Source of the DNA: an uncultured Alphaproteobacteria bacterium
Lineage (GTDB): Bacteria > Pseudomonadota > Alphaproteobacteria > Acetobacterales > Acetobacteraceae
Assembly: GCA_963829365.1 (NCBI GenBank)
Contig: CAWHIH010000009.1
Coordinates: 127,178 to 191,177 of the forward strand
Direction: 5' to 3'
DNA: 64,000 nt
The notes below the pieces were generated by a model. It was not told the DNA's origin. It was given only the letters and a program-made list of their open reading frames with translations, and did no database searches. Of the stretch, positions 31,299-40,998 are shown piece after piece; position 1 is the first letter of the stretch; every line of letters starts with the position of its first letter. Both the position numbers and the translations under genes were made by a program.

Positions 31299-32318
31299 AT
31301 GCCGCAATCCGCCGCCGTTCCCATCGCCGGCAACCGCTTCGTCATCGTCGGCGGGGCCAGCCTGGTCGGCTCCGCCACCGCCGGGGAGCTGCTGGACAAT
31401 GGCGCGGCCGAGGTCGTGCTGTTCGACAATTTCGCCTTCGGCTCGGATGCCGCCATCGCGCACTTGAAGGACCACCCGCGGCTGAAGCTGGTGCGCGGCG
31501 ACGTGATGCGCATGGCGGACCTGCTGCGGGTGACGGAGGGCGCGCATGGCGTGCTGCTGCTGGCCGCCTACATGACCCTGTCCATGGACCGCGACCCGTG
31601 GTCCGGCCTCGACGTGAACATCCGCGGCGTGCAGAACGCGCTGGAGGCATGCCGCGCCAACAAGGTCGCGAAGGTGGTCTTCGCATCCTCTAACGCGACC
31701 TACGGCTACGGCCCGGGCGTCGCCGGCGAGCTGGTGGAGAGCACGCCCTTCCACAGCCTCGGCGCGCCGCCGGCCGCCATATTGTATGGCGCCAGCAAGA
31801 TCATCGGCGAGCAGCTCTGCCGCGACGCCTTCCGCAAATGGGGGCAGGACTACGTCGTGCTGCGCTATTCCACCGTGTATGGCGAACGCCAGCACTACCG
31901 CGCGGCCAATGCGCTCTACATCATCGAGACCATCGACCGGGTGAAGCGCGGCGAGGCGCCGCAGGTGTTCGGCGACGGGTCCGAAACCAAGCACTTCGTC
32001 TATGTCGGCGACCTCGCCCGCGCCAACCGCATGGCCTTCGAGAGCGCGGCGACGGATCTGGCGGTCAACACCTCCGGCCCGGCGCCGGTGACGACGCTGC
32101 AACTGGTCGAGATGGTGACCGACCTGCTCGGTGGCGGGCAGAAGCCGGAATTCGTCGGCAACGAGCCGGGCAAGGTGCGGCTGACCTCCGGCGGCGCCTT
32201 CCGCATCGCGCATGAGGCGGCGAAGGACGCCATCGGCTGGGTGCCGGAAGTCGACATGCGCGAGGGGCTGCGCCGCCTCATCGCCTGGCGCGAGGGCAAC
32301 GAGCCGCGGCCCGACTGA
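31299..32318 (+). CDS. NAD-dependent epimerase/dehydratase
   Basis: GGASLVG, VFASS, YGASK, RYSTVYG, FGDGSE, FVYVGD. Confidence 0.88.
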   Translation: MPQSAAVPIAGNRFVIVGGASLVGSATAGELLDNGAAEVVLFDNFAFGSDAAIAHLKDHPRLKLVRGDVMRMADLLRVTEGAHGVLLLAAYMTLSMDRDPWSGLDVNIRGVQNALEACRANKVAKVVFASSNATYGYGPGVAGELVESTPFHSLGAPPAAILYGASKIIGEQLCRDAFRKWGQDYVVLRYSTVYGERQHYRAANALYIIETIDRVKRGEAPQVFGDGSETKHFVYVGDLARANRMAFESAATDLAVNTSGPAPVTTLQLVEMVTDLLGGGQKPEFVGNEPGKVRLTSGGAFRIAHEAAKDAIGWVPEVDMREGLRRLIAWREGNEPRPD

Positions 32319-32331
32319 CGCGGCCGGCGCG

Positions 32332-33675
32332 TTACCGCGCCGACCACACCCCCGGCCGCACCGAGGCCGCCGTGATGATGCCGTAGGCGCTGATCCCCAG
32401 CGCCACGGCGACGAACTGCCCCTGCAGCCCGTATCCCAGCACATCCCCCAGCAGCCAGCCGCCGCCGACCGCGATGCCGATGCGCGACAGCGCCGCCACC
32501 ACCGGCCACTGCATCCGCCCGGCGCCCATGCTGGCGAAATACAGCGCCATGCCGACGCCGAAGCCGGGCAGCGCGAAGCCGATCACCGCCAGCGCCTGGG
32601 TGGCGATGGCCACCACCTCCGGGTCCGAGCTGAAGGCCGCCGCGGTGAAGCCCGGCGCGAGGGAGACGAAGACGCCGACCCCGAGCGTCACCGCCAGGGC
32701 CATCAGCGCGCCGGCCCAGGCGGTGCGCCGCGCCGTCACCCAATCCCCCGCGCCGACCGCGCGGCCGACCAGCGCGGTCAGTGCGGAGCCGACGCCGAAG
32801 GCCAGCGGCACCATCAGGAATTCGATCCGAGCCGAGACGCCATAGGCCGCCACCGCCGTCGCGCCGTATGCTGCGACCCGCGCGGTCACCAGGATGGTGG
32901 TGAGGTTGGCGACCGTCGCCATGGCGCAGGCGACCAGCCCGACGGAGAATATGCGCGAGAACAGCGCCGGTTGCAGCTTCACCCGCAGGGTCGGCCGGAA
33001 GCCCGCGCCGCCGGCCAGCACCACCGCCGCCATGCCGATGCTGGCCGCCGTCATCATCACCGCGAAGGCGATGCCGGCGCCCTTCAGCCCCAGCCCGGCG
33101 GGTTCCATCAGTGCCCAGGCCAGCGGCGGGTAGCCGAGCCAGGCCAGCAGCAGCACGCGGGATGCCAGCGCATGCCGCCCGCCGCCGCGCAGCACCGAGG
33201 CCAGGGTATTCGCCAGCCAGGCCGGGATGGCGCCGGCGCCGAACAGCCAGGCGCAATAGGCCGCCGCCGCCGCCGCAGCCTCCGGCCCACCGATGGCGCC
33301 GAGGATCTGGTAGGGAAAGCCCGCCAGCACCACGGCGAAGGCCAGCCCGAAGCCGAGCGAGATCACCACCGCATGCAGCACCAGGGCGGAGGCTTCCTCC
33401 TCCTTTCCCGCCCCCAGGGCGCGGGCGATGGCCGAGACCACGCCGCCGCCCATCGCCCCGGCCGACATCTGTTGCATCAGCAGGGCGAAGGGCAGCACCA
33501 CCGCCCAGCCGGCCAAGGCCGCAGTACCCTGGCGGGAGGCGAGCCAGGGCTCGACCAACTGGCAGGCGGATTGCAGCGCGGAGACGGCGGTGGTCGGCGC
33601 CGCCAGCAGCCAGACCCGCCGCAGCAGCGTGGCGAGCGGTGCCGGTGGCGCCGGGGCGAGGGTGCCGTCAGCCAT
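32332..33675 (-). CDS. MATE-family efflux transporter
   Basis: About 12 TM helices; QMSAGAMGGG, VLRGGG, AYGVSARIEF. Confidence 0.88.
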   Translation of the reverse strand: MADGTLAPAPPAPLATLLRRVWLLAAPTTAVSALQSACQLVEPWLASRQGTAALAGWAVVLPFALLMQQMSAGAMGGGVVSAIARALGAGKEEEASALVLHAVVISLGFGLAFAVVLAGFPYQILGAIGGPEAAAAAAAYCAWLFGAGAIPAWLANTLASVLRGGGRHALASRVLLLAWLGYPPLAWALMEPAGLGLKGAGIAFAVMMTAASIGMAAVVLAGGAGFRPTLRVKLQPALFSRIFSVGLVACAMATVANLTTILVTARVAAYGATAVAAYGVSARIEFLMVPLAFGVGSALTALVGRAVGAGDWVTARRTAWAGALMALAVTLGVGVFVSLAPGFTAAAFSSDPEVVAIATQALAVIGFALPGFGVGMALYFASMGAGRMQWPVVAALSRIGIAVGGGWLLGDVLGYGLQGQFVAVALGISAYGIITAASVRPGVWSAR

Positions 33676-34159
33676 GCCCGGCATCCTCCGGCGCGAAGCG
33701 TTGCCGCGTGGCGGGGCCGGCGCCGGGGCCGGGCAGCACCCGCACATCCTCCGGCCGCAGCGGCGTGCCGGCGGCCGAGAGCGGCGGCGGGGCGGTGACG
33801 GGCTGGCCGGTGGCGCGGTCCTCCAGCACCACCAGCGGGCCTTCGGGGCCGGTCATCCAGCGGTCCGCCCAGCCCTTCAGGGCGAGGTAGGCGGGGAAGA
33901 AGTCGCGGCCCTTCTCAGTGAGGCGGTAGTCGTGCCGGCCGCCCTCGGCCGGGGATTTCTCCAGCAGGCCATGCGCCACCAGCTCCCGCAACCGGGCCGA
34001 GAGGATGTTGGGGGCGATGCCGAGGTTGCGCTCGAAGGCATCGAAGCGGGTGGTGCCGTAGAAGCATTCCCGCAGCACCAGCATGGCCCAGCGCTCTCCG
34101 AGCACGGCCATGGAGCGTGCCACGGGGCAGCGCATACGGGTGAAATCGGTGCGGCCCAT
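33668..34159 (-). CDS. HxlR-family winged-helix regulator
   Basis: CPVARSMAVLGERWAMLVLRE, YRLTEKGRD. Confidence 0.9.
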   Translation of the reverse strand: MGRTDFTRMRCPVARSMAVLGERWAMLVLRECFYGTTRFDAFERNLGIAPNILSARLRELVAHGLLEKSPAEGGRHDYRLTEKGRDFFPAYLALKGWADRWMTGPEGPLVVLEDRATGQPVTAPPPLSAAGTPLRPEDVRVLPGPGAGPATRQRFAPEDAGHG

Positions 34160-34407
34160 GGGCGGAGTTCCGGATGACTTGCGGCATGCAAGCATTCCGG
34201 CTTGCGGGATGCAAGCTGGCACTCGCCGGGGTGGCGGCTGCGCAGGAAACGGTGCCGGCGCCCCGCTTTTGCAGATCGCCGGCCTTCCTTGGTAACCTGC
34301 CACGAGGACAGGCCCGGCCGGTCGCCGGCCCGAAGGATCGCGGCGCGGGCGCCACGCCCGCCACGGGCACCGCCCCGGCCTCGACGCCGCATGGAGGAAC
34401 GATAAGA

Positions 34408-36048
34408 ATGGCCGCCTTGCAGGACACACGCACCGCCCCGGGCACCGCGCCGGACCTGGACTACGACGCCATCATCATCGGGGCGGGCATGTCGGGCCTG
34501 TACCAGCTGCATCGCCTGCGGGAGCTGGGGATGCGGGTGCGGGTGTTCGAAGCCGGTTCCGGTGTCGGCGGCACCTGGTACTGGAACCGCTATCCAGGCG
34601 CCCGCTTCGATTCCGAGAGCTACTCCTACGGGTATTCCTTCTCGCCGGAATTGCTGCAGGAGTGGAACTGGTCCGAGCATTTCGCGCCGCAGCCGGAGAC
34701 CCTGCGCTACCTCAACCACGTCGCCGACCGGTTCGACCTGCGCCGCGACATCCAGTTCCACAGCCCGGTGACCGCGGCGCACTACCACGACGAGATGCGC
34801 GGCTGGGAGGTGACGTTGCAGGATGGCAGCCGGCACCGCGCACGCTTCCTCATCACCGCGGTCGGGCCGCTGTCGGCACCGACCCTGCCGCGCATCGAGG
34901 GGGTGGGCAGCTTCGAGGGCCAGGCCTTCCACACCTCCCGCTGGCCGCATGAGCCGGTGGACTTCGCCGGCAAGCGGGTGGCGGTGATCGGCACCGGTGC
35001 CACCGGGGTGCAGACGATCCAGGAGGTCGCCAAGACCGCCGGCCAGCTGACGGTGTTCCAGCGCACGCCGAACTGGTGCGCGCCGCTGCACAACCGGCCG
35101 ATCACCGAGGAGGAGCAGCGCAGGATCAAGGCCAACTACCCCGAGATGTTCCGGCGCTGCCAGGAGACCTTCTCCTGCTTCCTGCACACGCCGGACCCCC
35201 GCGGCACCTTCGAGGTGACGCCGGAGGAGCGCGAGGCCTTCCTTGAGAAGCTGTACGGCGAACCCGGCTTCGGCATCTGGGTCGGCAACTTCCGCGACTA
35301 CCTGATGGACCCGGCGGCCAATGCGGTGGTCTCCGACTTCGTCGCCCGCAAGATCCGCCAGCGGGTGAAGGACCCCAGGGTGGCGGAGAAGCTGATCCCG
35401 ACCAACCACGGCTTCGGCACCCGCCGCGTGCCACTGGAGACCCGGTACTACGAGGTCTACAACCAGCCCAACGTGCAGTTGGTGGACATCAAGGAAACCC
35501 CGATCGAGCGGATCACGCCGCGGGGCATCAGGACCAGCGATGCGGAGTATGAATTCGACATCATCGTCTATGCCACGGGCTTCGACGCCATCACCGGCAG
35601 CTTCGACCGCATCGACATCCGCGGCCTGGACGGGCTGAAGCTGAAGGACAAATGGGCCGGTGGGCCGAAGACCTTCCTCGGCGTGCAGGTCGAGGGCTTT
35701 CCCAACATGTTCATGCTGATGGGGCCGCATACCGCCCTCGGCAACATCCCCCGCAGCATCGAGTACAACGTGGACTGGGTGACCGGCCTGATCCGCACCA
35801 TGCGCGAGCGCAACCTGACCCGCGCCGACGCCACGCCGGACGCCGTGGCGGCCTGGACCGATCATGTGAAGGCGACCGGTGAGGGGTTGCTGTCCAACGA
35901 GGTCAACTCCTGGTTCACCGGCGTCAACACCAATGTCGAGGGCAAGCAGACCCGCATCATCGCGCGCTACAGCGGCAGCGCGCCGGCCTATCGCGCCTGG
36001 TGCGACGAGGTGGCGGCGAAGGGCTACCGGGAACTCGCGCTGAGTTAG
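34408..36048 (+). CDS. Type I Baeyer-Villiger monooxygenase
   Basis: GAGMSG, GGTWYWNRYPG, FEGQAFHTSRWP fingerprint, GTGATG, ATGF. Confidence 0.92.
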   Translation: MAALQDTRTAPGTAPDLDYDAIIIGAGMSGLYQLHRLRELGMRVRVFEAGSGVGGTWYWNRYPGARFDSESYSYGYSFSPELLQEWNWSEHFAPQPETLRYLNHVADRFDLRRDIQFHSPVTAAHYHDEMRGWEVTLQDGSRHRARFLITAVGPLSAPTLPRIEGVGSFEGQAFHTSRWPHEPVDFAGKRVAVIGTGATGVQTIQEVAKTAGQLTVFQRTPNWCAPLHNRPITEEEQRRIKANYPEMFRRCQETFSCFLHTPDPRGTFEVTPEEREAFLEKLYGEPGFGIWVGNFRDYLMDPAANAVVSDFVARKIRQRVKDPRVAEKLIPTNHGFGTRRVPLETRYYEVYNQPNVQLVDIKETPIERITPRGIRTSDAEYEFDIIVYATGFDAITGSFDRIDIRGLDGLKLKDKWAGGPKTFLGVQVEGFPNMFMLMGPHTALGNIPRSIEYNVDWVTGLIRTMRERNLTRADATPDAVAAWTDHVKATGEGLLSNEVNSWFTGVNTNVEGKQTRIIARYSGSAPAYRAWCDEVAAKGYRELALS

Positions 36049-36294
36049 CCGGCCGGTCGCCGGGGGATGCCGCCCTGCCGGCTCTCCCCCGGAGGTCACT
36101 AATACACAATCGGAATGTATTGGATGTGATCGGGGAAGCGAAAACCATCGCCCCCGTCTGGACCGGACACCCGTGACTGCTGGAGGTCCTTCTACTAAAG
36201 TCGGCAAGTCATAACGTAATAGTAATTGCGGGCCGCGGAACAATCACTGGCTGGTTGCAGTTGTTACCCGCGCCACGGCATCGAGGATTTCACG

Positions 36295-38256
36295 GTGAAT
36301 TTGAACGTCCTGCTTCGCGGGCAGTCCAATGCCTACTACCTGGGCGAATTCAACGGCGGCGCCCAGGCGATGACCCGCCGGGTCGAGGCGCTGCTGGGCT
36401 TCGACGGGGTAAACGACCGGGTCACCCTGCAATTCGCCAGCAACCCGGCAGGCAATGTCACGGTAGCCGGTGGTACCGCCTTCCTGACCGATTGGCTGGA
36501 GCCCAGGAACGGCAACTGGAACAACGGCTGGCAGGTCGATCGTCTCGAACAGAGCCTGTTGAACTTCATCGGCGACCTGGGCGGCGCACAGAAGGCCCAG
36601 CCGACCGCCGTGGTCTGGCTGCACAACGAGTACGACAGCCAGCGCACCGACCTGACGCCCGCCGAATGGGAGAGTGCGGTCCGCTTCGATGCCAGCCTGG
36701 TGCGCGATGCCTATGGCCAGTCCGCCGCCAGCCTGCCCTACCTGTTCGTCAGCGCCATCCCGTATTTCCTGGGCACCGACCAGGGCCACCAGTCCATCCG
36801 CATCGGCATGGAGAATCTGGCGGCCGATCCCGGCTTCAACGCCCGGATCGCCGCCCGCGCGCTCGATACCGACATGAGCCTCGACGATCTCGACGGCATC
36901 CCGCAGAGGGTCGATTACGGCGGCCCGCACCAGTCCTTCACGGACGGGACCCAGACCGGCGAGCGCCTTGCCCTGTCGCTGGCCCAGACCTGGGCGCAAT
37001 ACGCCAAGCCAGGTTCCCCGGTGGCGCAGGCCGGCGGCGTGGTCAACGACCTCGGCCCGCAGGTGGTAGCGGCCCGGCTGGCCGGCGCGAACCAGGTCGC
37101 CGTGCAGGTCGGCTTCGACGCGGCGCAGAACCTGCGGACGCTGGACGCGGATGCGGCTGCCGGCGTCGGCTGGTCCGCCATCGGCAACGGTGCCGGCACC
37201 AGGGTCGAGGCAACGGCGGCGCAGCTTACCGGCAACGACACGCTGCTGCTGACCTTCGGCTCGCCGCTGCCGGCCAACGCCAAGCTGTACTATGGCTATG
37301 GCTATGGCCGGCTGGACGGCGACAACGGCGCCGGCCAGGGCAACGCGGTCTATGACAATGCCGGCATGCCCATCTGGGTCGCCGCGCGGGGCCTGGCGGT
37401 GAACGGGGTCGCCGTCATTTCCGATGTGGCGCTGCGCGAGGCGGGTGGTGCGGTCGCCGTCTGGGAGCTGAACGGCGCCGGCATCACCGAAGCCGCCGTC
37501 CTTGCCAATCCGGGCAATGGCTGGACCCTGGTGCCGGCCGCCGATTTCAGCAACGACCAGCGGGACGACCTGCTGTTCCAGCATGCGGATGGCCGGCTGG
37601 CACAGTGGTGGACGGATGGCGCCAGCATCACCGCGTCCTTCTTCCTGCCCTTCCCGGGGGCCGTGTGGAAGGCCGTCGAAGGCGGCGACTTCAACAACGA
37701 CGGCCGGGGCGACATCCTGTTCCGCCACGACAACGGCGACATCGCGGTCTGGCAGATGAACGGCGCGTCCATCCTGTCGGCGGCCGTCGTCGCCAGCCCG
37801 GGCACGGTGTGGCAGGTGGCCGGCACCGGCGACTTCAACGGCGACGGCAAGTCCGACATCCTGTTCCAGCACGCGGATGGCCGCATCGCGCAATGGCTGA
37901 TGGACGGCACCGCCGTCGCCGGCAGCAGCGTCTCCGCCAGCCTCGGCGCCGGCGCGTCGATCGCCGGCATCGGTGATTTCAACGGCAACGGCAGGGATGC
38001 GATCCTGGTGCGGCAGGCCGATGGCAAGCTGACGATCTGGAGCACCGATGGCAACGCCATCACCGCCGTCACCGATGTCGCCGATCTCGGCCTCAACTGG
38101 AGGGTGGCCGATGTGGGCGACTACAACGGCGACGGCAAGTCCGACATCCTGTTGCAGAATGCCGACAGCACGGTAGCCCAATGGCTGATGGATGGCGCCA
38201 CCGTGGCCAGTGCCTCGCTGGTCGCCTATCCTGGCACGGAGTGGCAGGTGGCCTGA
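36295..38256 (+). CDS. SGNH/SASA-like esterase domain plus FG-GAP/VCBS repeat protein
   Basis: RGQSNA, WLHNEYD, DYGGPH; five GDFNGDGKSDIL-type repeats at the C-terminus. Confidence 0.78.
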   Translation: MNLNVLLRGQSNAYYLGEFNGGAQAMTRRVEALLGFDGVNDRVTLQFASNPAGNVTVAGGTAFLTDWLEPRNGNWNNGWQVDRLEQSLLNFIGDLGGAQKAQPTAVVWLHNEYDSQRTDLTPAEWESAVRFDASLVRDAYGQSAASLPYLFVSAIPYFLGTDQGHQSIRIGMENLAADPGFNARIAARALDTDMSLDDLDGIPQRVDYGGPHQSFTDGTQTGERLALSLAQTWAQYAKPGSPVAQAGGVVNDLGPQVVAARLAGANQVAVQVGFDAAQNLRTLDADAAAGVGWSAIGNGAGTRVEATAAQLTGNDTLLLTFGSPLPANAKLYYGYGYGRLDGDNGAGQGNAVYDNAGMPIWVAARGLAVNGVAVISDVALREAGGAVAVWELNGAGITEAAVLANPGNGWTLVPAADFSNDQRDDLLFQHADGRLAQWWTDGASITASFFLPFPGAVWKAVEGGDFNNDGRGDILFRHDNGDIAVWQMNGASILSAAVVASPGTVWQVAGTGDFNGDGKSDILFQHADGRIAQWLMDGTAVAGSSVSASLGAGASIAGIGDFNGNGRDAILVRQADGKLTIWSTDGNAITAVTDVADLGLNWRVADVGDYNGDGKSDILLQNADSTVAQWLMDGATVASASLVAYPGTEWQVA

Positions 38257-38295
38257 CCCGGAGGGTTGAGCCCGGGCCAACCGGAGGAAACCGAC

Positions 38296-39444
38296 ATGTC
38301 ATTGCGCGAAAAAGGCGCGGTCACCGGGGTGGGCGAGACCGCCTACACCCGGGAATCGGGCCGCAGCGTGCTGTCGCTGCAGCTCGAGGCCTCGCTGAAG
38401 GCAATCGAGGACGCCGGGCTCAGGCCGGCGGATATCGACGGGGTGATCCCCTATGCCGGCGGGGTGGTCGCCGAGGATTTCATCACCAATCTCGGCATCC
38501 CCGACCTGCGGTTCTCGGCGCTGACCCCGCTCGGCGGCGCGAGCTGCGTCGCCGCGGTGCAATGCGCCGTCGCCGCCATTGCCGCCGGCATCTGCAACCA
38601 TGTGCTGGTGCCGGTCGGCCGCAATGGCGCCTCGCAGGGGCGCATCGGGGTGCGGGTGCAGCAGATGCCGCAGTTCCGCGTGGTCGGCGAATTCGAGATG
38701 CCGCTCGGTGCCATCGCGCCGGCGCAGCTCTATGCGCCGATGGCGCGGCGGCACATGGAGCTTCATGGCACCACCAGCCGGCAACTCGGCGAGATCGCGG
38801 TCTCGACCCGCGCCAATGCCATCCTGAACGGCAATGCCGTCATGACCAGGCCGCTGTCGATCGACGACCACCAGGCCTCGCGCATGATCTCGGACCCGTT
38901 CCGGCTGTTCGACTGCAGCCTGGAGAGCGACGGCGCCTGCGCCATCGTGGTCAGCGCCACCGAACGCGCGCGCGACCTGCGCAAGCCGCCCGTCCTGGTG
39001 ATGGGCGTCGCCGAGGGCCACCCGGATTCCCCGAGCGCCATCACCCAGCGGCCGGACATGACCCGCCTCGGCATCGCCAAGGCGGCGGCGCGGGCCTTCG
39101 CCATGGCCGGCGTCACGCATGACGACATCGATGTCGCCGAGATCTACGACTGCTTCACCTACATCGTGCTCTGCCAGCTCGAGGATCTCGGCTTCTGCGG
39201 CAAGGGCGAGGGCGGGCCCTTCGTCGAAAGCGGCGCCATCCGGCTCGGCGGCAGGCTGCCGGTGAACACCCATGGCGGGCTGCTTTCCCAGGCGCATATG
39301 GTGGGCATGAACCATGTCGCGGAGCTGGTGCGGCAACTGCGGGGCGAGGCGGGCAAGGCGCAGGTGGCGGATGCCGAGGTGGGGCTCGTGACCGGCTACG
39401 GCGACATGGGCGACGGCTCGGTCGCCATCATGAGGAGGGGCTGA
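38296..39444 (+). CDS. Thiolase-superfamily (SCPx/Ltp2-like) protein
   Basis: TGVGET, DCSLESDGACA, EIYDCFT, NTHGGLLSQAH. Confidence 0.88.
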   Translation: MSLREKGAVTGVGETAYTRESGRSVLSLQLEASLKAIEDAGLRPADIDGVIPYAGGVVAEDFITNLGIPDLRFSALTPLGGASCVAAVQCAVAAIAAGICNHVLVPVGRNGASQGRIGVRVQQMPQFRVVGEFEMPLGAIAPAQLYAPMARRHMELHGTTSRQLGEIAVSTRANAILNGNAVMTRPLSIDDHQASRMISDPFRLFDCSLESDGACAIVVSATERARDLRKPPVLVMGVAEGHPDSPSAITQRPDMTRLGIAKAAARAFAMAGVTHDDIDVAEIYDCFTYIVLCQLEDLGFCGKGEGGPFVESGAIRLGGRLPVNTHGGLLSQAHMVGMNHVAELVRQLRGEAGKAQVADAEVGLVTGYGDMGDGSVAIMRRG

Positions 39445-39870
39445 TGGGCACCACCGCAGGCTACGACAAGCTCGTGCCGGAGCCGACGCCGCACAGCGCG
39501 CGCTACTGGGAAGGACTGAACGAGCACCGGTTGCTGCTGCAGCAATGCCCGCGCTGCGGCAAGGTCCGCCACTACCCGCAGCCGATGTGCCCGGTTTGCC
39601 ATTCCATGGAAGTCGCCTGGATCGAGGCATCGGGCCGCGGCACCGTGCATAGCTGGACCATGACCCACCATGCCTTCCATCCGGGCGTGCGCGGCGACTT
39701 GCCCTACCTGCTTGCCACGGTGGACCTTGAGGAGGGCGTGCGCATGAACGCCCAGTTGCGCGGCGTCCAGCCGCAGCGACATGCGCATCGGCCTGCCGGT
39801 GCGCGTCGCCTTCGAGACGGTGAGGGAGGGCCTGACCCTGCCCTACCTCGTCACGGGCGACGCCGGCTGA
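39444..39870 (+). CDS. DUF35 Zn-ribbon/OB-fold protein (frameshift near 39775)
   Basis: CPRC..CPVC, GRGTVHSWT, LEEGVRM; corrected tail MRIGLPVRVAFE... Confidence 0.88.
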
Positions 39871-39900
39871 GCCGCCTGGGCTGACTGCCGGAACGGCGGG

Positions 39901-40998
39901 TCAATCCAGGCGGTAGACGGCCTCGGCGTTGCCCCGGAAGATCGCCCGGCGTTCCGCCTCGCTGAGCCGGCAGGGAAAGGCGTGGCGCGGATCGTCGAAG
40001 TCCCAGTGCGGATAGTCGGTGGCGAACAGCACCCGGTCCCAGCCGATCCAGGACAGCGTCCTGCGCAGATCCTCGGGATTCTCCGGCTCCTCCATGGGCT
40101 GGGTCGAGACCCAGAGGTTCCGCCGCATGTACTCCGAGGGCGGCCGCTTGCAGTGAGGAACCTCGCCACGCATCTTCTCCCAGTGCCGGTCCAGCCGCCA
40201 GGCGAGCGGGGGCAGCCAGGCGAAGCCGCCCTCGATCATGATGATCTTGAGGGTCGGGAAGCGTTCGAACACGCCTTCCAGCACCATGCTCGTGGCCTGG
40301 GTCTGCATCGTATGGGTCAGGCCGTGGTGGTCCTCGATGTAGAAGGAGGGCCAGCCCGCGGCGGTCGGGGCATAGCCGGCCTCGCCGCCGACATGCATGC
40401 CGATCGGCATGCCGTAATGCGCGGCGGCCTCGAAGATCGGCCAGTAGCGCTGCCGCCCCAGGGGTTCCGTGCTGCGCGAGGTCAGCTGGATCTGCGCGAA
40501 GTTGCGGTCATGCACCCGCTTCTCGATTTCCGCGACGGAGGCGGCGGCATCCTCGAAGGGGATCTGGATCGAGGCACGCAGCCGCTTCTCCTGCGAGGTG
40601 AAGGCGGCCACCTGCCAGTCGTTGATGGCGCTGCACAGCGCCGTGCTCAGTTCCAGGTTGCGCACCAGGTTGCCCGGCATCAGCGGCTCCAGGATGCCGT
40701 ATTCGATATCGTAGAGGTCGAGCAGCTGCGCCCGCATGAAATCCAGGTCCGAGCCCGGCGGACCGCCGCCCGGCGGCCAGGAATCCCGCCGCGACAGCAT
40801 CGGCTGGAAGCGCGGATAGGTGCCGCGCCTGGCGTAGGGGCCGCGGCCCAGCTTGCCGTATTCGGCGATATGCTGCCGCCAGCGCGCCGGAAGATAGGGG
40901 TTGAGGTCGGCTTCCGAACGCAGCGTCGGATGGATATCGCTGTCGATGATGCGCAGCTTGCTGGCCTGTTCGACCTGCCGCTCGATGACTTCGCTCAT
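39901..40998 (-). CDS. Amidohydrolase_2-fold protein, DxDxH type (putative dinuclear oxygenase subunit)
   Basis: IIDSDIHP, AINDW, GMHVGG, MIEGG, STQP, FATDYPHWD. Confidence 0.85.
   Translation of the reverse strand: MSEVIERQVEQASKLRIIDSDIHPTLRSEADLNPYLPARWRQHIAEYGKLGRGPYARRGTYPRFQPMLSRRDSWPPGGGPPGSDLDFMRAQLLDLYDIEYGILEPLMPGNLVRNLELSTALCSAINDWQVAAFTSQEKRLRASIQIPFEDAAASVAEIEKRVHDRNFAQIQLTSRSTEPLGRQRYWPIFEAAAHYGMPIGMHVGGEAGYAPTAAGWPSFYIEDHHGLTHTMQTQATSMVLEGVFERFPTLKIIMIEGGFAWLPPLAWRLDRHWEKMRGEVPHCKRPPSEYMRRNLWVSTQPMEEPENPEDLRRTLSWIGWDRVLFATDYPHWDFDDPRHAFPCRLSEAERRAIFRGNAEAVYRLD

Noticed and set aside
36049-36294. Riboswitch or ncRNA in the AT-rich intergenic region
   Set aside because: No recognisable conserved aptamer motifs by eye; an Rfam search would be needed
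37500-38200. Recurring GGCGACGGCAAGTCCGACATCCTGTT sequences as a CRISPR-like array
   Set aside because: In-frame FG-GAP coding repeats; degenerate, spaced about 150 bp apart, and no cas genes
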